Both the position numbers and the translations under genes were made by a program. The notes under the pieces are model-generated. The model was given only the letters and a program-made list of their open reading frames with translations. It ran no database searches and was not told the origin of the DNA. 64,000 nt of DNA, taken from the IMG/VR virus record IMGVR_UViG_3300034071_001673, one strand, 5' to 3'. Positions within the stretch are counted from its first letter, which is position 1; the number at the start of each line of letters is the position of its first letter. Below, piece by piece: positions 16,832 to 27,159 of the stretch. Source of the stretch: an uncultured virus (IMG/VR IMGVR_UViG_3300034071_001673) (Duplodnaviria > Heunggongvirae > Uroviricota > Caudoviricetes).

Positions 16832-18216
16832 TATATCGCACCTTTGCGAGCAACAACCTTGTCAAGAGTCTCAAGAACACGGAGTTTGATCTGCTCTTCT
16901 GACAATCCTCGATTACGCAATTCTTCAATCTCTAACTCCGAGAATGTGACAGTCTCACCCCTATACGAAAAAGTGGTGGTGAGTGTACTGGGGTCTCTGC
17001 TCACAACCAATTCATATGGACGCGCTGCAGTCTCAGTGGCATCAGGAGTCACAGGAGCAGGAGTTGCCTCCGCATCAACCTTTGTGTAGAGATCCAAGAA
17101 GGCATTCTTGGTGTCAGCATCGAAACGATTCAAGCACATCTCAATCGCCTTCAAACGATTGTTGAAGATAGAGAATGCTTTCGTGATATGCACAAGACGA
17201 CGAGTCGAGATGACTTCATCAACTGCACCATCAGCAAAAGACTTGCGAATCAATTCAGCCCACGTGATCAGACGGTCAATGAACGTCGTGTCAGTGATAT
17301 TCAGAACAGCGAAATTTTTCTCGAGAATCTTTCGCTCAGTGCTGGCTGGCGGATACTCTTGCTCAACAGTGATCGCGAAACGTTCCAGGAATGCTTCGTT
17401 GAGCAAGTTTGTACCGATGAATCGACCATCGTCGCTGCCTTTGCCCTTTGTGTTCGCAGTTGCAATCACGTTGAAGCCAGCAGCAGGGTGGACAACTTCA
17501 CCAGTCTTCTTGTCGAAGTATGGCTTGCCTTCAAGAATCGGCTGCAAGCACAGAATATCTTCCGTGCCGAGATCACACTCATCAAGAAGCAGCACGGCAC
17601 CACGACGCATCGCAGTGATCACTGGTCCTTCACGACGCACAGTATTGCCATCGACCAATTCGTAAGAACCAATCAAGTCAGACTCATCGGTGCGCTTCGT
17701 GATATTCACGCGAATCAACTCACGTTTGAGCGCAGCACAAACTTGCTCAATCATGAACGTCTTGCCGTTACCTGACAAGCCAGTGATATAGATGGGATAG
17801 AAGATGCGTGACTTGATGATGTCGCGCAAGTCATTGTAGAAGCCAAACGGAACATACGTTTCGTTGCGATCAGGCACAAATGACTCAGTTAGATTTTGTG
17901 CACGACGCGAAGCAATGTTCACAACTTGTGCGACCATCGCAGCAGCAGCAACTGGGACTTCATCCTGATTCGAGGCAGCAGGAGTGATACAACCAACATT
18001 TTTGGGGACGATGTTATACTGACCGCGACCAACCTTGCGCTCGCGGAGAATGAAGTATGGGAAATTCGGAATGCCATTCTTCTTGTTCAGGCAATAGTCA
18101 TTCAGTTCTTTGACCGAAACAACATCTTTGTCGAAGTGCGCATGCAACTTCTCAAGAACCGCAATCTTCGCGCTTTCATCATAATTAGACTTTCTCACAT
18201 CAAACTCCATTATCAT
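16831..18216 (-). CDS. cobS: CobS-like/MoxR AAA+ ATPase
   Basis: GLSGNGKT, LLLDECD, ATANTKGKGSDDGRFIGTNLLNEAFLERF; true start may be GTG at 18198. Confidence 0.88.
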   Translation of the reverse strand: MIMEFDVRKSNYDESAKIAVLEKLHAHFDKDVVSVKELNDYCLNKKNGIPNFPYFILRERKVGRGQYNIVPKNVGCITPAASNQDEVPVAAAAMVAQVVNIASRRAQNLTESFVPDRNETYVPFGFYNDLRDIIKSRIFYPIYITGLSGNGKTFMIEQVCAALKRELIRVNITKRTDESDLIGSYELVDGNTVRREGPVITAMRRGAVLLLDECDLGTEDILCLQPILEGKPYFDKKTGEVVHPAAGFNVIATANTKGKGSDDGRFIGTNLLNEAFLERFAITVEQEYPPASTERKILEKNFAVLNITDTTFIDRLITWAELIRKSFADGAVDEVISTRRLVHITKAFSIFNNRLKAIEMCLNRFDADTKNAFLDLYTKVDAEATPAPVTPDATETAARPYELVVSRDPSTLTTTFSYRGETVTFSELEIEELRNRGLSEEQIKLRVLETLDKVVARKGAI

Positions 18217-18229
18217 TCACTATAATACA

Positions 18230-18289
18230 ATTATCGTATAAAAACACACAGAAAACAACAGTAAAAACTCTAATAGAATCAACAACTTA
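18230..18289 (-). promoter_or_regulatory. Early promoter with IHF site (copy 3)
   Basis: TTGTTT-17-GATAAT; AATCAACAACTTA at 18277-18289. Confidence 0.7.
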
Positions 18290-20563
18290 CGCCACCGCCA
18301 GTTCTTCGGCTAGTTTCGTGAGGAGGAGACGATTGGTTTTCTTGCTGCTCACATGTTTCGAGAACTCGCGAGCCATTCTATTCTTGTTCATATCGCTGGT
18401 GATCTCAAGTTTGTCGTCGACAATGTTAGTGTTCGGAAGAGCAACATAGAAATATTTGTCATATCCGAGACGCTCAACGATAAGATAATTATGCTCGCGA
18501 AAACATTTCTTGGCAGCATCTTGCTGCTCATGAGACTTGTCAGCGATAAGATACTTCATGTCACGTTGAATGGCTTTTTTGTTACCAACAAAGAAGCCAA
18601 GATGTTTGCAGCCAGTCACATCAGCAACCAACTCCGTGATCGCTGCTTGCATATAATAATTATTGGCCAACTTGACTTTCTTCTTTGTCTTTTTGTCAAT
18701 AAGATAGACAACAGACCTGCGACGATCATCATAGAAACCAGAGTCTACATCCATTAGGGGATATGAAAGATTGTTGCCACCGTCGCCGTCTGTCAGATAC
18801 ACAACGTTGCAAACATCTAACTGATGCTTGTTCTGGAACGCAGTAATGATTCCGCGAGAAGCAAGCAAAGTTTCCAGGAACGGAGTGCCATTCAAACCAA
18901 AGCCACCGTTATCCCAATTGTATTGCCAGTTGCCATGGTCGTTATCATTGTTGCTGTGATAATCATAGCAACGACCATACTCATTCGCAACGACGCACAT
19001 CGCATTGAACGCACGACGATATTGAACAGGCGGCAAAGAAGAACCAATCAGATGCTTCAGATGGAACCAATTGTTGCCCATCGTCATGTCAATTGCGCGA
19101 TTAGAAACAAAACGTTCTTTCTTTAACATCTCGCGCAACTTCTTGTTTCCATAAGCATCGTCACTGAAGCCATAAACTTCAAACGGAACTTTGGCAAGTT
19201 TACAGAACGAAGCAAGCACAAGCATCTGCTCAATCGTGTTGCGAAGAATATCGTGCATTGAACCAGACATATCAACAAACATGATAAAGCCATGGTTCTT
19301 GCCCTTGGGCACAACAGTGATCTTCTTGAACAGATCATTGCTGAAACGATACTTGTGAAGCACATTCATGTTGAGTTCACCAGTGCGAGCAGTCTGCGTT
19401 CGCGCATATTCGCTGGCTTTCTTGCGCATCTCGAATTCTTTCAAGATATGCATAATAACTTTTTTGTTGTTCGTGTTGAATTTGCGCACACACTTCTGGA
19501 CAACAGTGTCGTATGCAATACCATGATGACCATAACGACGATCGGTATCTTCAACTTGCGAACGGAAGAATGTCTCAAGATCATTCACAACTTCCGTGTT
19601 CGGAAGAATGATGTTCTCAAGAACAGCATCGGGCAACTCATACATGAAGATTTTGCCAGTCTCGTTGACCAATTCCTGCTCACGCTGGCGGAAATTGCGA
19701 TCAGTTACAGACTGCGGCTCATCTTCATCTTCTTGTTCTTCTTCGTCGACGCCACCACCAGAAGAATACTGGTCGCTGTCAGATTCTTCTTCATCTGACT
19801 CAGTTTGATCCTGAGAATCTTCAGCATCAGTGCCGTCTGATTCTTCGTCTAGATCAGAGTTATCGTTGCCATCGATGTTATCTTCATAGTCAGAATCATC
19901 ATCAACGTCATCGTACTCGCCAGAATCATCTTGATCCTGCTGACGCTCTTCTTTCATCTGCTCTTGCAGGTCTTGTTTGTTCTGAATCTTGTCTTGCTCA
20001 TTTTGTTTGGTGTACTCATACACACGGCGAGCAATATCAACAACTTGATCCCACGTTTCAGCAGCCTCAACTTCACGAACGATGTCACGCTCGAAGTCAT
20101 TGAATTCAACAACAACATGTGAACCCATCTTGAAGCGCAGGTTGATGCGATCAATCAGATTGAGTTTGCTGAGGTCGTCAAGTTTCTTGATGCCGAAAAA
20201 ATCGCGCTCATAGAGAGAAGTGTAAGCACGAGCAAAAGACTTTGAAAGTCCAGGGAACTTGCGCTTGACAAGTTTCTCAATGCGCGCATCTTCGATGACA
20301 TTCAAGAAATCTTTGAATTTCTTGTCACTTTCTTTGACTTGATTGTGCCAGCCATCATCAGGAGTGTTCAAAGCATGACCGACTTCGTGACCTGTTAACA
20401 AGTCATACAAGTCGCCGTCCATGTCCTTCCATACGGGAAGAACCATCGTGCGATTCTTGAGGTCGAAGTATGCCGTTCGAACATTTTGGTGAGAGACGGT
20501 GATATTCTCGCTCGCCAAGAGTTTGGCGAGGATCGATTTAGAAGCCTGTAAATTCGTTTTCAT
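18287..20563 (-). CDS. CobT-like protein: HExxH metallopeptidase-like domain, acidic linker and VWA domain
   Basis: GHEVGHAL, NVIEDARIE, D/E-rich linker, DMSGSM MIDAS, LTDGD. Confidence 0.85.
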   Translation of the reverse strand: MKTNLQASKSILAKLLASENITVSHQNVRTAYFDLKNRTMVLPVWKDMDGDLYDLLTGHEVGHALNTPDDGWHNQVKESDKKFKDFLNVIEDARIEKLVKRKFPGLSKSFARAYTSLYERDFFGIKKLDDLSKLNLIDRINLRFKMGSHVVVEFNDFERDIVREVEAAETWDQVVDIARRVYEYTKQNEQDKIQNKQDLQEQMKEERQQDQDDSGEYDDVDDDSDYEDNIDGNDNSDLDEESDGTDAEDSQDQTESDEEESDSDQYSSGGGVDEEEQEDEDEPQSVTDRNFRQREQELVNETGKIFMYELPDAVLENIILPNTEVVNDLETFFRSQVEDTDRRYGHHGIAYDTVVQKCVRKFNTNNKKVIMHILKEFEMRKKASEYARTQTARTGELNMNVLHKYRFSNDLFKKITVVPKGKNHGFIMFVDMSGSMHDILRNTIEQMLVLASFCKLAKVPFEVYGFSDDAYGNKKLREMLKKERFVSNRAIDMTMGNNWFHLKHLIGSSLPPVQYRRAFNAMCVVANEYGRCYDYHSNNDNDHGNWQYNWDNGGFGLNGTPFLETLLASRGIITAFQNKHQLDVCNVVYLTDGDGGNNLSYPLMDVDSGFYDDRRRSVVYLIDKKTKKKVKLANNYYMQAAITELVADVTGCKHLGFFVGNKKAIQRDMKYLIADKSHEQQDAAKKCFREHNYLIVERLGYDKYFYVALPNTNIVDDKLEITSDMNKNRMAREFSKHVSSKKTNRLLLTKLAEELAVA

Positions 20564-20569
20564 ACAACC

Positions 20570-20629
20570 ATTGTCCCCTAAAACGGCTAGAAAAACAACA
20601 GTAAAAACTCGAATAAAATCAATAACTTA
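20570..20629 (-). promoter_or_regulatory. Early promoter with IHF site (copy 4)
   Basis: TTGTTT-17-GACAAT, ATG 6 nt downstream; AATCAATAACTTA at 20617-20629. Confidence 0.72.
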
Positions 20630-20776
20630 CGACAGGTATTTTTGCCTAAAGATTTCAGCCTTCACAGGATCAGTTTTTTTCAGGTTATTATAAATCCGCT
20701 TATTGTTTTCACGTATAATTTCAGGGGTTTTTGAACTAAAATCTGAGCGCCAGCCACGCTTCACGGACTTTTTCAT
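20627..20776 (-). CDS. 49-aa basic hypothetical protein
   Basis: Not in ORF track: MKKSVKRGWRSDFSSKTPEIIRENNKRIYNNLKKTDPVKAEIFRQKYLS; AGGTGAG SD. Confidence 0.6.
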   Translation of the reverse strand: MKKSVKRGWRSDFSSKTPEIIRENNKRIYNNLKKTDPVKAEIFRQKYLS

Positions 20777-20804
20777 ACTCACCTAATTGTTACCGTAATC
20801 AAGT

Positions 20805-20864
20805 ATTGTCGCTGATTACAGTCACATCGTAAATAGAAAAAACTCGAATAAAATCAATAACTTA
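20805..20864 (-). promoter_or_regulatory. Early promoter with IHF site (copy 5)
   Basis: TTTACG-17-GACAAT; AATCAATAACTTA at 20852-20864. Confidence 0.7.
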
Positions 20865-20866
20865 CG

Positions 20867-21523
20867 TCAACCAGTGGAATAGACGAATTTTTCAGCCTCA
20901 GTTTGTTCTTGTTTCTTCACAATCTCTTGTGTTGGCTGTTGCATTTCTAGAATCTCTCGCGACTCTGTTAATGCTTTCATCTTCTTCAGATTCTTCTTGA
21001 CTTTTCTTTTTGCTTGATCAAGTTTAATTGGACTGACTTTATCAGTATACACAATTCCATTCAAATGATCTAATTCGTGTTGAACACAAACAGCAGTCAA
21101 TCCATCAAACTCATGAATCACTTCTTGACCATACATTGCTTGAAACTTCACTTTGATATGATCGTATCTTGGAAGTTTCAGATATAGTCCAGGATATGAT
21201 AAACATCCTTCAGAGTATTCAGATAATTTCTCTCCATGTTCAATAATTTCTGGATTGAACATTGTCCATATTCCATGTTCACCCATATTCACTACACAAA
21301 TTTTATGAGGTAGTCCTACTTGGTTGGCTGATAAACCAAGACCGCCGAGTTTCTGTAATGTTTCAGCCAGAGAGAACCCCAAATATTCTGATTCCTTTGG
21401 ATCATACTTTTTATGATCCCATGGAATTGTTGGTTGGCGAAGAATTGGATCGTAAAAGTCAACTAGTTTGAATATGCTATATTCAATCAAATCGCCTTTG
21501 TAATATTTGACCAATCTTTCCAT
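20867..21523 (-). CDS. def: Peptide deformylase
   Basis: GLGLSANQVG, EGCLS, QHELDHLNG. Confidence 0.95.
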   Translation of the reverse strand: MERLVKYYKGDLIEYSIFKLVDFYDPILRQPTIPWDHKKYDPKESEYLGFSLAETLQKLGGLGLSANQVGLPHKICVVNMGEHGIWTMFNPEIIEHGEKLSEYSEGCLSYPGLYLKLPRYDHIKVKFQAMYGQEVIHEFDGLTAVCVQHELDHLNGIVYTDKVSPIKLDQAKRKVKKNLKKMKALTESREILEMQQPTQEIVKKQEQTEAEKFVYSTG

Positions 21524-21524
21524 T

Positions 21525-23231
21525 TTAAATCACCTGTGAGAAATTCTTCACTTTGCCAAATCGAATTGTGTGTTTAAATTTATCAACCATCTGATCAGTC
21601 TTGTGAGTGATCACAAAGATGTTTGTATTATCAGCAAACATATTTATCAACTTCATAAATTCTTCAGTGCCATTGATGTCAAGAGAACCATCAAAGACCT
21701 CGTCGAAGATGAGAAGATTGGTATTGACACTGTTCTTTAGTTTGGCGACCGACCTCCAAGTGAACAACAGTGCTAGATCAATACGTTTCTTTTCACCTTC
21801 TGAGAAATTTTCATAACTGAAATCATCTCGGTGACGAGACTTGATGGTCTCCTTGAACTCCTCGTCAATGTTGAAGTTGACAAAGAAGTCCATCGCAGCC
21901 AAATACTTATTTACCAGTTTGTTTATAACTGGCACGTACTGCTTAATGATTTTCGACTTAATCCCGCCATCTTTAAGCAACTGCGCGACAATATCATAAT
22001 GTTGTGTTTGTTCAGATACCGTTTTTCTTTTTTCGTTAAATGCTTGTAATGCGTTGAGCAACTCTTTTGATTGTGCCTTGAACTCATCGCTCATGGCTGG
22101 TTTGCTTTCTATTTCACCAATTTCTTTTTCAAGTTTCGTAATATAGTTTCGAACCTGCTTGCGAGAAGTATTGATCCGCACAAGATCTTGCTCAAGAGTT
22201 TTGAGAGTTTGTTGGGTTGATTTAATTGTATTGATTCGACGTAGAACGGCATCACTCTCTTCCTTTAGTTTGTTTAGACCTTCGGTTAGTTCTGTGATTT
22301 TACTGTTGCATGTGTGTACTTTTTCGTCTTTGTTATTGATAGCCTGATCGCAGGTTGGACAAGTCGAATTTACAGAATAAAACTCGATGTCTTTCTCGAG
22401 TTTCTGAATATTCCCTTCAATCTTGGCTTCAAGTTGATTTAGTTTGTTGAATTTTTTACTGGTTGAATCGTCGTCTGATACTTCGTTGAATAAACTTTCA
22501 ATTTGCGTTTCTTTGTCAGTCGCTTCGATTTCAAGTGCCGAGAGTGATGCCGTGTTTTCAGTCACTTCTTGTTTCTTTGCATCTACGATTTCTTTTGTAT
22601 TCTTCTTAAGTTCGTCAAGATGTTTCTTGTGTAGTTCGATTTTATCTTTAGTATTGTCAATTTGAATTTTTAATTGTGCTGCTTCATCTTTGAGTGTGTG
22701 TAGTTTGCCTTTGACAATCACATTCATGGCTGAAAAGATCTGGATGTCAAGCAGATCTTCGATAACAGTGCGGCGATCCGCTGCTGATAACTGCATGAAT
22801 GGAGTGAAGTTGGTTGAACCAAGGATCACAATCTGAGTAAATGACTTATAATTCATCTTGAGAATAAGTTTCTCTAGATGATCCTGATAATCTTTAGATC
22901 TTGCGTCTTGATTTAACAGATCACCATCGCAATAGATTTCAAATACGTTTGGTCGAATGCCACGAATAACTTTATATGACTTCTTGCCAATATCAAACTC
23001 AACTTCAACGAGGCAATCTTTTTCATTGACAGAATTTACAAGTTGTGGCTTATTGATATTGCGGAATGGTTTACCAAATAATGAGAACGTAATGGCGTCC
23101 AGGAATGTTGACTTACCTGCACCATTTTCACCGACGATCAATGTCGTGGCGTTTTCATTTAGAGAGATTTCAGTAAAGACATTTCCAGTGGAAAGGAAAT
23201 TCTTGTAACGAACTTTTTTAAATAGAATCAC
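21525..23231 (-). CDS. gp46: Recombination endonuclease ATPase subunit (Rad50/SbcC-like)
   Basis: GENGAGKST, CPTC hook, FSEGEK, DEVFD. Confidence 0.97.
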   Translation of the reverse strand: MILFKKVRYKNFLSTGNVFTEISLNENATTLIVGENGAGKSTFLDAITFSLFGKPFRNINKPQLVNSVNEKDCLVEVEFDIGKKSYKVIRGIRPNVFEIYCDGDLLNQDARSKDYQDHLEKLILKMNYKSFTQIVILGSTNFTPFMQLSAADRRTVIEDLLDIQIFSAMNVIVKGKLHTLKDEAAQLKIQIDNTKDKIELHKKHLDELKKNTKEIVDAKKQEVTENTASLSALEIEATDKETQIESLFNEVSDDDSTSKKFNKLNQLEAKIEGNIQKLEKDIEFYSVNSTCPTCDQAINNKDEKVHTCNSKITELTEGLNKLKEESDAVLRRINTIKSTQQTLKTLEQDLVRINTSRKQVRNYITKLEKEIGEIESKPAMSDEFKAQSKELLNALQAFNEKRKTVSEQTQHYDIVAQLLKDGGIKSKIIKQYVPVINKLVNKYLAAMDFFVNFNIDEEFKETIKSRHRDDFSYENFSEGEKKRIDLALLFTWRSVAKLKNSVNTNLLIFDEVFDGSLDINGTEEFMKLINMFADNTNIFVITHKTDQMVDKFKHTIRFGKVKNFSQVI

Positions 23232-24280
23232 GCTGTCTCCATAGACAATGCTTCGTTATATACATCGCGCAGAACAGTCTTTATTTTATCTGATTCTACT
23301 GGCAATGTCAAGCCATCAACATACTTATTTAAGATTGTCATTGTATCTTCTGCTTGGTCAATATCAACATCAACATTATCAGTAATTTCAGAAAAGTCTT
23401 CAACAACTGATAATTCAAGTGGATTTACTTTTGCGAGTGAATCTAGCAATGTATCAAACAAGAATGAATTGTTTCGTTTTTCAACGACAATCTTGACATA
23501 CTTACTTGTAAGATGCGAATAGTCTGCGTTGACAAGATCATTATAATACAATTCATCATCATTGTATTGAATCTTGTAAAACATTTGCAGCGGATTCTTT
23601 ATGAATTCTAATTGGCGGGTTTCAGTATCATAGATGTGAAATCCACGCTCATCATTATAGTCAGCCCAAGTCATTTCACCAGGAGTGCCAACATATACAA
23701 TACTGCCGCTATTGCTCTTGTGGTGGAAGTGACCAGATAAAACTAGATCATACTTCTGCAAGATAGAAGGATCCATACCTTCGTGACAGATGTTACCACG
23801 ATCCATTTCAAATCCTTGCAGTTCGAAATGACCAAAGCAAACATGATTAGTGCTGCGCTTGATAAAGTCTAGAATTTCTAGTTCATTGTCTTTACAGATC
23901 CAAGGAATGATATCAATACCTTGCCATTCTGTTGGCTCATTGTAAACAATAACGTTTGGATAGTCTTTGAGCAGTAACTCTGGCGAATTGACCTCAAGTG
24001 TATTCTTGAATGTGATGTCATGATTTCCAAGCAGAGTGTGACACTCTAGATTAAGCCGAGTAATCTCATCAAAAAAATACTTGCGGCAAAGAGCAAGAGA
24101 CTGAAAAGAAATATACTTCCGACGATCAAATAGATCACCAAGTTGAAAGATGGTCCTAACTCCATGGTCCACCAAATAAGGAAAAAAGTGTTTAGTATAG
24201 AACTCACGATAATGATTATGAAAGGCAATGCTATCGCCTCTCATACCAAAATGTGTGTCACCCAATATTGCTATCTTCAT
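23228..24280 (-). CDS. gp47: Recombination endonuclease nuclease subunit (Mre11/SbcD-like)
   Basis: GDTHFG, GDLFD, GNHD, SGHFH. Confidence 0.97.
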   Translation of the reverse strand: MKIAILGDTHFGMRGDSIAFHNHYREFYTKHFFPYLVDHGVRTIFQLGDLFDRRKYISFQSLALCRKYFFDEITRLNLECHTLLGNHDITFKNTLEVNSPELLLKDYPNVIVYNEPTEWQGIDIIPWICKDNELEILDFIKRSTNHVCFGHFELQGFEMDRGNICHEGMDPSILQKYDLVLSGHFHHKSNSGSIVYVGTPGEMTWADYNDERGFHIYDTETRQLEFIKNPLQMFYKIQYNDDELYYNDLVNADYSHLTSKYVKIVVEKRNNSFLFDTLLDSLAKVNPLELSVVEDFSEITDNVDVDIDQAEDTMTILNKYVDGLTLPVESDKIKTVLRDVYNEALSMETA

Positions 24281-24797
24281 CTACAAACTTCTCCAAACCA
24301 GCACGCTTGGCTTTCTTTGCTTTGCGAGCATTCTCATAATTTACAATAAACTCAGAGATATTTTCGTACAACTCAAACTGCCTAAAAGTTCCATCTTCAT
24401 TTTCGTTCAATTCAAACTCATCAAGAATACCAGCAGTCTCAGTAGATTTGTATTTAACATACAATTGTTTCTTTTCTTTCTGAATGCGACGTAAGAATGC
24501 ATAATATACTATTTGAGTGAAATAGGCAAATGGATTGCTTGATTTTGCTGGGTCAAAATTGTCAACGTACATTACGCAGTTTTCAATTGCATCAGCAACC
24601 ATTTCGTCTCTAAAAGTATATGACAAGAAGTTTGGTTTGTGCGATAAATTTTCAGCGATCTTCATAAAACATTCAGCAACATATCGTGGGATCTGTGGCT
24701 TTGGCAATCCTTGGCGTTTTGCCTTTCGAATTGCTGTTCGATACTTTGTCATTTCACGAAGAAAATCTTTGTTATTGATATAGTGATTCTTTGCCAT
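24258..24797 (-). CDS. gp55: Late transcription sigma factor
   Basis: HYINNKDF, NFLSYTFRDEMVADAIENC, NPFAYFTQIVYYAFLRRI. Confidence 0.97.
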   Translation of the reverse strand: MAKNHYINNKDFLREMTKYRTAIRKAKRQGLPKPQIPRYVAECFMKIAENLSHKPNFLSYTFRDEMVADAIENCVMYVDNFDPAKSSNPFAYFTQIVYYAFLRRIQKEKKQLYVKYKSTETAGILDEFELNENEDGTFRQFELYENISEFIVNYENARKAKKAKRAGLEKFVDEDSNIG

Positions 24798-24799
24798 AA

Positions 24800-25240
24800 T
24801 TAGTGTACTGGTTTGTCTTTTTTATTTGCCATTGCTTCAAGGATAGAAACAACCTTTTCAACTGTTTCTGGATTGCCTTCCATCTTTTTAGTTTTCTTTT
24901 TGATTGGTTCTTTGAAATTGGTAGTGTTATTATAAAAGAAATCAGCAACGTATTCATATTGCTCAACAAACTCTGCACGAACTGGCGTTGCAAACAGAAC
25001 CTCGTCAGTACTGAAATCAACTTCTTTAATCTCAATCACTGATTGCGGAAGATATTCTTGCATTGCTAAGATTTGTCGACCCTCATCAAATAAAGTTTCG
25101 ATTTCAATTCGCAATGGCAATTCTACTGTGACATAATCTTGTTTGTACGTTACATATCCAATGATATCATCTGGAATTGAACGAAGGCGAACAAACTTTA
25201 ATTCACCTCTTGGTTTATATTCTACTGGATCTTCAGACAT
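24800..25240 (-). CDS. Conserved hypothetical protein between uvsW and gp55
   Basis: 146 aa; syntenic position. Confidence 0.7.
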   Translation of the reverse strand: MSEDPVEYKPRGELKFVRLRSIPDDIIGYVTYKQDYVTVELPLRIEIETLFDEGRQILAMQEYLPQSVIEIKEVDFSTDEVLFATPVRAEFVEQYEYVADFFYNNTTNFKEPIKKKTKKMEGNPETVEKVVSILEAMANKKDKPVH

Positions 25241-26706
25241 TAGTTTATCCTTACGTTATTGGTTGTGAAAGGAAATTTTTCTTCACTGTAGATCTTCACT
25301 CGTTCCTCATAGTGCTTCAATGTGAAGTTTGTATAAGGACCATAACGTAGATCATCAGCGATATCGTACAACGTGGCTGCTTCTTTATTTTCACCTAGAC
25401 GCAGTACACGACCGATAGATTGCAATGCTCGAATCTTACTCTTTGTTGGTGAAGAGAATATAATATTATGTAGATTACGAATATTAACGCCTGTTGAGAA
25501 CGTTCCGTAACTTGCCACAATGATCGCATCGTTTTCTTGTTCAGTGATATGTCTCACTGCTTCACGATCTTCTGCTTCAACCCCACCGTGGATAAAGAAT
25601 ACTTTTCGCCCATTTGCTTTTTCAGTTATCCATTCATATAATAGTTTACCGTGTTTTTCGACATAAGTAAACAATACAAGACTATTGCCTTTGAGATTTA
25701 ATGCAAGATCAGTGATGAATCGATTGCGCCCTTCGTGTTGAGTCAAGAAGTTCATTTCATCAGGATATGTGAATCCTTTGATTGATTTGCAAACTATTTC
25801 TGGATACTTCAGCACAATACACTTAATGCTGAAGTTGGCAAGTTGTTTACGTTCAATGAGTTCTTTTGTGGAAATAACTTTGAACGTTGGTCCAAATAAT
25901 CCTTCAAGAACTAACTTGTTTACTTTACTGTCATCAAGTGTACCTGTCGTACCAATACGCACATCACAGTTGATGAGTTTAGTCATGATAGAAGTTAGTG
26001 ACTTGGCTTTGAACGTATGCGCTTCGTCGCCGATGATAAAATCAAACTGCGCAAAGTATTTTTTTGGCATCTCATAGATAGACTGCCAAGTTGATATAAC
26101 AAGATCGCTATCAGGTATCTTGCTTTCGCCGCCATAGATCTTCTGACAATACTTGTCTACATCCCATCCGTTGACAGATGAATAGTTCTTGAAGTCACTA
26201 TGCATTTGAGTGACGAGATTGATCGTAGGAACAATCAACAATCCGCGCTTCTTACCTGTATTCAACAGGTGGCGAATCATCATATAGATGATTAGTGATT
26301 TTCCTGACGCTGTTGGTGAAATGAGTACAGTTCTCTTCTTCGTAAGTCCGACGCTAGAAGCGAGATACTGATAATCTCTCGGCTCCATCGGAAGTGATAG
26401 AGCGTTCGCAAGATTCTTTGTGTCAATCGGGTAGACTTCCTTTTCTTCATCGATATACTCGCAGGTGTAATTGCTGTCCTTGCAAAACTTTTTAATGTAC
26501 GGAACTAAACCAAGATAGATTTGTCGTGTGTTTAGATTCAAAAGTCGAATCTTTCCGTCCCAGTATTTATTGCGAAAGGCAGGAGAAAATTGGTAACCTG
26601 GAGTTGAAAATGTAAAAAACTCTGACATCTCTTGCAAGATGGCAGGTTCAGCAGTCACTTGGACATAGATGTTATTTACTTTTTCAACTACAACGTGTTC
26701 TATCAT
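25240..26706 (-). CDS. uvsW: DNA helicase UvsW
   Basis: WDGKIRL, SPTASGKS, GDEAH, QSIGRVLR; start revised to 26706. Confidence 0.96.
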   Translation of the reverse strand: MIEHVVVEKVNNIYVQVTAEPAILQEMSEFFTFSTPGYQFSPAFRNKYWDGKIRLLNLNTRQIYLGLVPYIKKFCKDSNYTCEYIDEEKEVYPIDTKNLANALSLPMEPRDYQYLASSVGLTKKRTVLISPTASGKSLIIYMMIRHLLNTGKKRGLLIVPTINLVTQMHSDFKNYSSVNGWDVDKYCQKIYGGESKIPDSDLVISTWQSIYEMPKKYFAQFDFIIGDEAHTFKAKSLTSIMTKLINCDVRIGTTGTLDDSKVNKLVLEGLFGPTFKVISTKELIERKQLANFSIKCIVLKYPEIVCKSIKGFTYPDEMNFLTQHEGRNRFITDLALNLKGNSLVLFTYVEKHGKLLYEWITEKANGRKVFFIHGGVEAEDREAVRHITEQENDAIIVASYGTFSTGVNIRNLHNIIFSSPTKSKIRALQSIGRVLRLGENKEAATLYDIADDLRYGPYTNFTLKHYEERVKIYSEEKFPFTTNNVRIN

Positions 26707-27152
26707 CGAGCACCTTGGATAAACTTCTCCCAGCCCATGTACTCTTTCAACTGCCACGTGCGATTGTTGAGTTCCTTCATGACGTTGGTGCAGAAACTTG
26801 CTGCTTCCTCATGATAGGCTTTCTTGCGCTTGAGTTTGTTTAGATCATCATCACCATCAAGATATACAGCAATGTCAGACTTCAATGTGAAACGAAATGG
26901 TTCCCAACCAAGTTTATCCAATTCTTCTTGGTCTAACTTGCCGTTGTAATACATCCATTTGAGTTTCTTGAGTTTGTCAAACTCTAATGCTGCGCGTCTT
27001 GCAGCAAGATTATGTAATGACAAGTATTTGTTGTATTTGTTATGAAGTAATGGAATGCGCAGGATTTCTTTTCCAGGCTCAGTTGTATCAACTTCTGAGT
27101 CTTTTTCCCATTGCTGCATTAATTCTTCGAGAGGAGGAGTTTCTATTTTCAT
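26703..27152 (-). CDS. uvsY: Recombination mediator UvsY
   Basis: IPLLHNKY, WMYYNGK, RTWQLKEYMGWEKF. Confidence 0.92.
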   Translation of the reverse strand: MKIETPPLEELMQQWEKDSEVDTTEPGKEILRIPLLHNKYNKYLSLHNLAARRAALEFDKLKKLKWMYYNGKLDQEELDKLGWEPFRFTLKSDIAVYLDGDDDLNKLKRKKAYHEEAASFCTNVMKELNNRTWQLKEYMGWEKFIQGAR

Positions 27153-27159
27153 AGAGCAT

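Noticed and set aside
3501..20864. Recurring TAAGTTATTGATT motif as CRISPR repeat, att site or transposon end
   Set aside because: Copies are dispersed, all in one orientation and at a fixed distance from promoters; no regular spacers, cas, integrase or transposase.
16831..21523. cobS/cobT-like genes as cobalamin synthesis, and peptide deformylase as a novelty
   Set aside because: The AAA+/VWA pair and PDF are common in aquatic T4-like phages; no other cob genes are present, so a chaperone-like role is more likely.
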